DNA from: Nitrospirota bacterium
Lineage (GTDB): Bacteria; Nitrospirota; Thermodesulfovibrionia; Thermodesulfovibrionales; Dissulfurispiraceae
Direction: 5' to 3'
Length of the DNA: 64,000 nucleotides
Assembly (NCBI GenBank): GCA_040758355.1
Contig: JBFLWF010000001.1
Location: forward strand, 96,001 to 160,000
Below the pieces are notes generated by a model. It saw nothing but the letters and a program-made list of their open reading frames with translations, was not told where the DNA came from and searched no databases. Position 1 is the stretch's first letter, and the number at the start of each line of letters is the position of its first letter. Shown here piece by piece: positions 42,951 through 50,221 of this stretch. The position numbers and the translations under genes were made by a program.

Positions 42951-45037
42951 GTAATCCTCAGAGCCTCCAAATCAACTGAAGGAATTCTTCTGACCTTCTT
43001 GGGTTTGGCGAGAGACTCAACCCTTACCGCGCAAACCTTATATTCAGGTATTTTTGCTCCGGGGTCTGTTGCAGGATTCGTGAGGATATTTGCTGCAGCC
43101 TCTCTGAAATGGAATGGTATAAAGACAATACCTTCTGGCGTTCTATTTGTAACATATGCCTTGAGCTCGATTTCGCCCCTCCTTGAACTCACCTTGACCA
43201 TAGACCTGTTCCTTATGCCCAGTCTTTCAGCATCCTCGGGATTTATCTCTACAAAGGATTCGGGTTCTTCCCTTTCAAGCACAGCAGTCCTTCCGCACAT
43301 GGTTGCAGTGTGATAACGGAAATAGATGCGTCCTGTTGTAAGCAGGAATGGATATTCACTGTCAGGAGGCTCATCAGGAGGAACAAAATCAACTGTGATA
43401 AATGTGCCGAGCCCCCTTGCAAACTTCTTTCTATGAAGATACTGTGTTCCTGAATGGTTTATGTCATGACACGGCCACTGCAGGCCGAATCCTTCCTGTA
43501 GTCTGTGATGTAATATCCCGCCGTAGGAGGGTGTGAGGAGGGCGATCTCTTCCATTATCTCGTAAGTCCCTCTGTAATTCATCTCATATCCCATTCTGTT
43601 TGAGAGTTCGCAGATAATCTCCCAATCGGGTTTTGATTCTCCTATTGGCTCGATGGCCTTTCTGAGAAGCTGAACCCTTCTCTCTGTGTTTGTGAATGTC
43701 CCGTCCTTTTCTGCATAGGATGACGCAGGGAGTATCACATCTGCATATTCCGATGTTTCATTAGGGAATATATCCTGAACAACCATGAATTCGAGCCTTT
43801 CCAATGCCTCCCTTAAGTGGTTAAGGTCAGGGTCTGAAACCAGAGGATTTTCTCCCATTATGTACATTGCCTTCAGGCTGCCGTCATATGCCTTTTCCAT
43901 CATGTCCATCAATGTGAGTCCGGGCCTTTCAGGGAGTTTTTTTCTCCATGCCATCTCGAACTTTTTTCTTGCCCTCGGGTCTGTTACTGTCTGGTAGCCT
44001 GAATAAACATTGGGCAGCCCGCCCATATCGCATGCGCCCTGGACATTGTTCTGCCCCCTCAAAGGATTGAGTCCAGACATGGGAAGTCCTATGTGTCCTG
44101 TGAGCATCACAAGATTGGCGCATGCCCTTACATTATCAACGCCTGTTATATGCTGTGTAATGCCCATGGCATAAAAGAGCATGGAGCGCTTTTCCATGGC
44201 ATAGATTCTTGCCACACGGCGTATATCGCCGGCCTTGACCCCTGTGATGCCTTCAACGACATCAGGAGAATAGCGCCTCAGAACCTCTTCGAATGTATCG
44301 AAGTTCTCCGTCCTTCTTTTCACAAAATCTATATCCACGAGGCCTTCGTTCACTATGGCATTCATTATTCCCATTAAAAGGGCTACATCTGTACCGCTTT
44401 TCTGCCTGAGATGTATGTGTGCAAACTCTGCTATCTTTGTCCTTCTCGGGTCTGCCACTATTAATGTGGCGCCTCTGTCAACAGCCTCAAGCATGTGCAT
44501 TCCTATCATAGGGTGCTGCTCTGTTGTATTTGAGCCTATTACAAAGAGGACCTTTGCATCCGCAATCTCGCTTATGGAATTTGTCATGGCGCCGGAACCG
44601 AATGCTGCTGCAAGTCCTCCCACAGTGGATGAATGGCAAAGCCTTGCACAGTGGTCTATATTGTTTGTTCCAAGAACTGCCCTTGCGAACTTCATCATAA
44701 GGTAGTTTTCTTCATTTGTGCATTTTGCCGAACTGAGGATGCCTATGGAGTCAGGGCCGTGTTTCCTTTTTATTTCATCAAGGCGTGCTGCTACGAGAGT
44801 TAATGCCTCATTCCATGTTGATCTTCTAAATTCCCCGTTCTGCCTTATCATCGGATATTTCAGCCTGTCAGGATGTGCAACAAACTCATGGGCGTTCCAG
44901 CCCTTTACGCACAGGCTTCCCCTGTTTACAGGATGGGATCTGCTTGGAGATACACCTACGATCTTTCCGTTTTCTACATGGAGATAGAGGCCGCATCCGC
45001 AGCCGCAATATGGACAGACTGTGGGAACCTTGTTCAT
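42947..45037 (-). CDS. fdhF: Cytoplasmic Mo/W formate dehydrogenase alpha subunit (Cys form, FdhF-like)
   Basis: CPYCGCGC..C, DHCARLCHSST, LRGQNNVQG, PEYKVCAV; no Tat leader. Confidence 0.9.
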   Translation of the reverse strand: MNKVPTVCPYCGCGCGLYLHVENGKIVGVSPSRSHPVNRGSLCVKGWNAHEFVAHPDRLKYPMIRQNGEFRRSTWNEALTLVAARLDEIKRKHGPDSIGILSSAKCTNEENYLMMKFARAVLGTNNIDHCARLCHSSTVGGLAAAFGSGAMTNSISEIADAKVLFVIGSNTTEQHPMIGMHMLEAVDRGATLIVADPRRTKIAEFAHIHLRQKSGTDVALLMGIMNAIVNEGLVDIDFVKRRTENFDTFEEVLRRYSPDVVEGITGVKAGDIRRVARIYAMEKRSMLFYAMGITQHITGVDNVRACANLVMLTGHIGLPMSGLNPLRGQNNVQGACDMGGLPNVYSGYQTVTDPRARKKFEMAWRKKLPERPGLTLMDMMEKAYDGSLKAMYIMGENPLVSDPDLNHLREALERLEFMVVQDIFPNETSEYADVILPASSYAEKDGTFTNTERRVQLLRKAIEPIGESKPDWEIICELSNRMGYEMNYRGTYEIMEEIALLTPSYGGILHHRLQEGFGLQWPCHDINHSGTQYLHRKKFARGLGTFITVDFVPPDEPPDSEYPFLLTTGRIYFRYHTATMCGRTAVLEREEPESFVEINPEDAERLGIRNRSMVKVSSRRGEIELKAYVTNRTPEGIVFIPFHFREAAANILTNPATDPGAKIPEYKVCAVRVESLAKPKKVRRIPSVDLEALRIT

Positions 45038-45123
45038 AATTTCTATTTTAACAAACTTTATGCCCTATATCTTCATCATAGCGACATGATCGCTTATTTT
45101 CCGAAAAGTCAAAACAGGAAAAT

Positions 45124-46002
45124 TTATAAATCTATTCTACATCCAACGGTCCCATATTCGAACTCATCAGGCATTTCTATGGATATCCTCTTTATTGCCT
45201 CAAAACCGGTACAGTGAATAGGAACAATCTTTTTTACATTAAGTCGTCTGAATTCGTTTATCGTTTTTTCAATCTTGGCTTCTCCAGGGCCTATCAGGTG
45301 AAAGCCGCCTATCACGCAATAGATGTCATCAATCCCGGTTATCTTTATAGCCTGCTCAATTGTATTAATTATCCCGGCATGACTGCAGCCTGCAATGATA
45401 ACAAGTCCTTTTTTGGTATTTATTATCACGCCCTGGTCATCGAGAACCCTATCGTTCAATGTTTCATCATCCCTTTTTATTCTGAACACATTTAATTCTT
45501 CCCATAAATGAATCCTCGGTATCTCTCCTGTAGTAATGACGCCCCTTGATAACTTAACCGGCTCTTTATGAAGTTCCAGAAATTGTCTCCGTGGGTCGAT
45601 TTGAGGGCTTGTCAATTCATAACTTACACCTTCCTTAGGAACGAGGTATCGCTGATAAAATGAGTCTGGATGAGCTATGACCTTTCCTTTGAGTTTAGGA
45701 AGCCCCCCTGTGTGGTCGTTATGTCCGTGAGATAAAAAGACAACATCGATGTCATCGAAAGTCAGGCCAATAAGGTTGAGATTGTGCTCCAGAGCAATCC
45801 CTGTAGCTCCTGTATCCACGAGTATCTTCTTGCCTTCAGTTTCTATCAATGCTGAAAACCCGTGTTCGGCAATGAAATTTGAGCTTGGCTTAGAAAGACG
45901 GTTTATCATTTTGCTCCCTGGAATTAACTCCATGATAGTGTTATCCACAAGGATGGTTATCACAGCTTCAACTGTTTCTAAAGCCTCTTTGATAGATTCC
46001 AT
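45124..46002 (-). CDS. MBL-fold metallo-hydrolase (COG1237-like)
   Basis: ILVDN, AEHGFS, DTG, SHGHNDHTGG, DDQ, GCSHAG, GGFHL, HCTG. Confidence 0.88.
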   Translation of the reverse strand: MESIKEALETVEAVITILVDNTIMELIPGSKMINRLSKPSSNFIAEHGFSALIETEGKKILVDTGATGIALEHNLNLIGLTFDDIDVVFLSHGHNDHTGGLPKLKGKVIAHPDSFYQRYLVPKEGVSYELTSPQIDPRRQFLELHKEPVKLSRGVITTGEIPRIHLWEELNVFRIKRDDETLNDRVLDDQGVIINTKKGLVIIAGCSHAGIINTIEQAIKITGIDDIYCVIGGFHLIGPGEAKIEKTINEFRRLNVKKIVPIHCTGFEAIKRISIEMPDEFEYGTVGCRIDL

Positions 46003-46043
46003 TATATCCTCCTCGATATGTTAAAAGCAGCCAACGAATTTGT

Positions 46044-46808
46044 TTAGAAGATCTTAAATATGTCTCCTGTAAATTCTTCGTACATTATCCCTGATATTGG
46101 TATATTTTCAGGGATTAGTTTTGATTGCCTTATAACTTCAGCCTGTTTTTTTAAATTGGCCTCCGGGTCTTTAAAGTTCTTGATTAGACTCCTAATGTCT
46201 TTTTTCTCCATTTTTCCCTGTAATTTTTCATCAAGCTCATCCACTATCAGCCTCACATTTGCTTCTCTGATTCTGCAGTCTCTATGGCCTATAATAAATA
46301 TTTCCTCTGTGCCAAAGACCCTGGTAGAAAAAACTAAGGCCCTTAGTTCAGAATCGTCAATGAGAAGCCCTGCATTTCTTAGGATATATGCATTGTCCTT
46401 GTTTTGCTGCAGAATATTTTCAAGATTCAGTCTGCAGTCCATGCAGAGTATCATCGCTACTTTCTTAGATGCAGCATCTCTGAGGTTAAATTTTCTTTTC
46501 TCATCATGTGCGATCAACCCCAAGGGTTTTTTTGTCAAAAATCTCTGTCTTGCGTCATCCACATAAGAGGTGAGGCTGATTGCCCCCCATGTACAAGCCT
46601 CTTCACACTTCCCGCAGCCTATACATGCATCAGGATTTGACAGCCATGGTATAAAGACCCCTTTATTTTCGGTTTCCCACATCTCGAGACCATGTACAGG
46701 ACAGGCATTAACACAATCGGTACAACCTTCACATTGAGCTGGGATAACCCATGGTAAAGCCTTTTTCACGACTTTCTTTTCTTGTTCAACTCCGCTTTCG
46801 ATAATCAT
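46044..46808 (-). CDS. 2x[4Fe-4S] ferredoxin fused to a clade-D-like beta-carbonic anhydrase domain
   Basis: CEGCTDCVNACP and CIGCGKCEEAC, then CMDCRL, RNAG and GHRDC. Confidence 0.82.
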   Translation of the reverse strand: MIIESGVEQEKKVVKKALPWVIPAQCEGCTDCVNACPVHGLEMWETENKGVFIPWLSNPDACIGCGKCEEACTWGAISLTSYVDDARQRFLTKKPLGLIAHDEKRKFNLRDAASKKVAMILCMDCRLNLENILQQNKDNAYILRNAGLLIDDSELRALVFSTRVFGTEEIFIIGHRDCRIREANVRLIVDELDEKLQGKMEKKDIRSLIKNFKDPEANLKKQAEVIRQSKLIPENIPISGIMYEEFTGDIFKIF

Positions 46809-46875
46809 CTTTCCCCCATTATTTTCTCAATTTATGTTTCTTCTCTCCCACTGAAGCAGAAAATCGTTTTTAGAA

Positions 46876-46898
46876 GCTGCGGCCCATTGGGCCGCAGC
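46876..46898. terminator. Perfect GC-rich intra-operon hairpin (terminator or mRNA stabiliser)
   Basis: GCTGCGGCCC-ATT-GGGCCGCAGC with only a weak U-tract. Confidence 0.5.
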
Positions 46899-46928
46899 AA
46901 TGGAAACGCCGCCATTTTACCCGGATCT

Positions 46929-47342
46929 TCATCCTTTCGGAGGCGTTAAGTCCTTCCAATGACTCTGATCGAATTCCTCGACTTCTCCGTAAGGCATTAC
47001 ATCCAACCTTTTGCCAGCTTCGGGTCCTGGTTTTGTGCAATAAATTTCGTTTACCTCTACAGTGAGCTCCTTTCCATTTATTTTTGCAGTTCCCTTAAGT
47101 TGATAAGGCGCCCTTACACAGCCGAGACCTCCGGGGCCGATAGCCACTTGCGGATTCTCAGAAATATTGTCTTTGATATGATTTATTTGGGCATCGGTTA
47201 AAGGGAATTTTATGATGTTAATTCCTTCTACCTTAGCTGTTTCTACAACAATTGTTGTAGGAAACCCTTTCTTTGTTGCAGTCCCAATGTGTCCTCCAAA
47301 ATACTCTATCCAATTTTTCATTCTTGGTGTTAACTGTGACAT
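46929..47342 (-). CDS. PNPOx-like (FMN split-barrel) protein
   Basis: IGTATKKGFP, NISENPQVAI, YQLKGTA, VNEIY..KPGPEAGKRL. Confidence 0.72.
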   Translation of the reverse strand: MSQLTPRMKNWIEYFGGHIGTATKKGFPTTIVVETAKVEGINIIKFPLTDAQINHIKDNISENPQVAIGPGGLGCVRAPYQLKGTAKINGKELTVEVNEIYCTKPGPEAGKRLDVMPYGEVEEFDQSHWKDLTPPKG

Positions 47343-47353
47343 CCTCTCCTCCC

Positions 47354-47833
47354 TTATAATATTTTTTTGCCTGATTCATCAGGCTTATAGCTATAGACTT
47401 CTTCAACCTTCATTGCTATTACTCCCCTTTGCATACATACAGGCGGCCTAATATCTGGAGGAACTTCATCAGGCGGTTCCTTTTCAGCCCAGTTGCCCCA
47501 TTCGTCAATAACTTCTTTGGCGTTAAGCCCGTGAAATTCATAATCCGGAGGAAGTCCTGGTATAAGACAAGTAGTCGGCCCTCTAAATGCCCATGTCCTG
47601 TCTTTAACCGGATGAGCTACCGTGATGATTGCAATTGGATTTTCTTGAAGGTTTACCTTTGTCTTTTGTGCAAACATGTCTGCTATGAGAATATATCTGT
47701 CCTTAACAACAGTTATAAACCGCTCCCCGACAGTATTGCATTTTCCATCCGCATTACACGTTGTTAAGTGGACTACAACGCCTCCCTTACCGATAACCTT
47801 TAAGGCATCTTTCATTTCATCTGTCAATTTCAT
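47354..47833 (-). CDS. PNPOx-like (FMN split-barrel) protein
   Basis: MKLTDEMK, LTTCNADGKCN, KTKVNLQENP, FRG, KVEEVYS..P...GKKI; alternative start at 47848. Confidence 0.78.
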   Translation of the reverse strand: MKLTDEMKDALKVIGKGGVVVHLTTCNADGKCNTVGERFITVVKDRYILIADMFAQKTKVNLQENPIAIITVAHPVKDRTWAFRGPTTCLIPGLPPDYEFHGLNAKEVIDEWGNWAEKEPPDEVPPDIRPPVCMQRGVIAMKVEEVYSYKPDESGKKIL

Positions 47834-47944
47834 TTTACTCTCCCCCATTGTTTTAAAATTTCGCTCTCATCTCACCAGAAATTTAAACTTTTTACTTATC
47901 ATCTGATACCTATGTCATTCTCCTGCACCTCCTTCCTACCATTA

Positions 47945-47968
47945 CATGATATAGCTTGATATAACAAG
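47945..47968. promoter_or_regulatory. Putative GntR operator (tandem palindromes)
   Basis: CATGATATAGCTTG overlapping CTTGATATAACAAG; the same motif lies in front of the GntR gene. Confidence 0.7.
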
Positions 47969-47990
47969 TTTTAAAATAAAAAAATTATCC

Positions 47991-48785
47991 TTATTTGGTT
48001 ATGGGAAAATTGGAGACCCTCGTCTTAAATCTATAGAGGTCTCCCCGCATAACCGAAGCAATCCATCCACAAGGGGTATTATCTTTCTTATACGCTACCA
48101 GATCGACATAAAATGCCAGGCTGCCAGCAGGCACCTGAAGATACTTTGATTCATCGGACCGAACTGTTGTTACTTCGATGGTGACATCAGCGTATTCATT
48201 ACAGATGTGGCATTTTCCGGCCAAAACATCAAAGACAGCCTGACTCTCGATACTTGTTGGGTCTTCATAGACATGGGAATTGAGTATCTTGCAATCTGTA
48301 CAGACTATGAATTTTTTCTCAAGCACATAGGGCTTTTTATCAGCAAGAAAGAGCCGTTTTATACAAAATACATCTTCGTTTAGAGGCACCATGAGCTTCT
48401 CCGACACAAGTTTACTGGCCTTAATACGCCTAACGTCTAAAATCTTCACTTCGGGCTTCAATCCTCTTTCGGTCATATCTTCAAAAAAGTCGGGAATCTT
48501 TATCATGAGATCCAGCTTAGGCTCTGCTACAAAGGTTCCCTTACCCTTAATCGCATATAACAATCCATCCTGTGTCAGCTTTTTTAAGGCTTCCCTCACT
48601 GTAATTCTGCTTACTCCATACACTTTGCAAAGTTCTGTTTCAGAGGGCAGCATATCATGGGCTTGCAGCATCCTGTTCCTTATCTGACTGTAAATAATGT
48701 CAATTAATTGGTTATAGGCTGGAATTGGAGATCTTTTATTTACGGTAGCAGAAGCATCTCCTGGAACCGGGGGGAATTTATGCAT
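47991..48785 (-). CDS. GntR/HutC-family (UTRA) transcriptional regulator
   Basis: LPSETEL...YGVSRITVREAL...GKGTFV plus a C-terminal UTRA-like region; RBS GGAGGT before MHKF. Confidence 0.92.
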   Translation of the reverse strand: MHKFPPVPGDASATVNKRSPIPAYNQLIDIIYSQIRNRMLQAHDMLPSETELCKVYGVSRITVREALKKLTQDGLLYAIKGKGTFVAEPKLDLMIKIPDFFEDMTERGLKPEVKILDVRRIKASKLVSEKLMVPLNEDVFCIKRLFLADKKPYVLEKKFIVCTDCKILNSHVYEDPTSIESQAVFDVLAGKCHICNEYADVTIEVTTVRSDESKYLQVPAGSLAFYVDLVAYKKDNTPCGWIASVMRGDLYRFKTRVSNFPITK

Positions 48786-48803
48786 TTTGTGAAATACCTC
48801 CAA

Positions 48804-48827
48804 CTTGTTATGACATGATATTACTAC
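48804..48827. promoter_or_regulatory. Putative GntR autoregulatory operator
   Basis: CTTGTTATGACATG overlapping CATGATATTACTAC. Confidence 0.65.
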
Positions 48828-48874
48828 ATGGTTTTATCTCTGTCAAGGAAAAAATTTCTTGCAAAATATATTTT

Positions 48875-50221
48875 TCATTCCCTTGCTATTCCCCATCTCT
48901 TCCTTTTTTCCCAGAGGGACTTTCTTGTAATTCCGAGCATGTCCGCAAGCTGCTGCTCGTTAAACTCGTCCTGGTGTTTCTGGATAAACGCCTTTGTGTA
49001 GTCCTCGATGGAGAGTTTATCGCCGAGGGCTGCATGTATAAATGACCCTTCTGTTTTTATGCCCTCCGGCAAATGCTCTGCCCTTATAACTCCGTCTTCT
49101 GCTATGAGGATTGCCCTTTCTATTATGTTCTGTAGTTCCCTGATATTGCCGGGCCAGTGGTATGCTTTGAGGATCTCCGATGCCTCGTTATCTATCTCAT
49201 TCACCGGTTTGCCCAGTTCCTTTGAATATTTATGTATGAAATATCTTACCAATAGTTCTATATCCTCTTTCCTCTCCCTCAAGGGAGGAAGCTTTATGGT
49301 AATCACGTTTATCCTGTAAAAGAGGTCTTCCCTGAAAGTCCCCTCGTTTATGGTATTTTCTATATCCTTGTTTGTAGCAGATATAAATCTCAGGTCAACC
49401 TTAATGCTCTGTGTCCCGCCCACCGGCCTTATCTCATGGTCTTCAAGCACCCTCAGGAGCTTTGATTGAAGGCCGATGCTCAAATCACCAATCTCATCGA
49501 GGAATACAGTGCCTCCGTTTGCTTCTTCAAAAAGCCCCTTCTTTGAAGTTATTGCGCCTGTAAAGGCGCCCCTTACATGGCCGAAGAGTTCTGACTCAAG
49601 GAGATTCTCAGGGATGGCGCTGCAGTTAATTGGTATAAAGGTCTTGTCTGCTCTGCTGCTGTTAAAGTGTATAGCCCTCGCAATGAGCTCCTTGCCCGTG
49701 CCTGTTTCTCCAAGTAAAAGCACATTGCTCCTTGCGTCTGCAATCTTCTTTACCTCGGTGATTATCTTCTGCATTGCTGAACTCTCGCCTATTATCCTGC
49801 TGAAGTCGTACTGCCTTTCTATCTGTTTTTTGAGGAGGACATTTTCTGCCTGAAGTGCCCTTTGTTTAAGGGCATTTTTTACAATCTGCTTTATCTCTTC
49901 ATGTATGATGGGCTTTACGACATAGTCGTAAGCGCCTGCCCTGAGGGCTTCAACAGCGGTCTCTAAAGAGGCGTATGCCGTAACTATTATTACGGTCTGG
50001 TCAGGAAACTTTTCCTTTATTCTTTTAAGGAGCTCTATGCCGTCGATTCCTGGCAGTATGATGTCTGTTATTATGATGTCATAAATGCCTTTATCGAGCA
50101 TTTCGAGGGCAGACTCTGCATTGTCAACAACTTCGGCCTCGTAGCCGTCCCTTAAAAATACCCTTCTCAGGGATGAACTCAGGGTCTCTTCATCTTCAAC
50201 TATGAGTATTCTCTCAGACAT
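48875..50221 (-). CDS. sigma54-dependent response regulator (NtrC/CbrB-like)
   Basis: REC domain, [35 protein letters not shown] and a C-terminal HTH. Confidence 0.95.
   Translation of the reverse strand: MSERILIVEDEETLSSSLRRVFLRDGYEAEVVDNAESALEMLDKGIYDIIITDIILPGIDGIELLKRIKEKFPDQTVIIVTAYASLETAVEALRAGAYDYVVKPIIHEEIKQIVKNALKQRALQAENVLLKKQIERQYDFSRIIGESSAMQKIITEVKKIADARSNVLLLGETGTGKELIARAIHFNSSRADKTFIPINCSAIPENLLESELFGHVRGAFTGAITSKKGLFEEANGGTVFLDEIGDLSIGLQSKLLRVLEDHEIRPVGGTQSIKVDLRFISATNKDIENTINEGTFREDLFYRINVITIKLPPLRERKEDIELLVRYFIHKYSKELGKPVNEIDNEASEILKAYHWPGNIRELQNIIERAILIAEDGVIRAEHLPEGIKTEGSFIHAALGDKLSIEDYTKAFIQKHQDEFNEQQLADMLGITRKSLWEKRKRWGIARE

Noticed and set aside
42947..45037. Selenocysteine formate dehydrogenase
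   Set aside because: The active-site position is an ordinary Cys (RLCHS) in an uninterrupted ORF.
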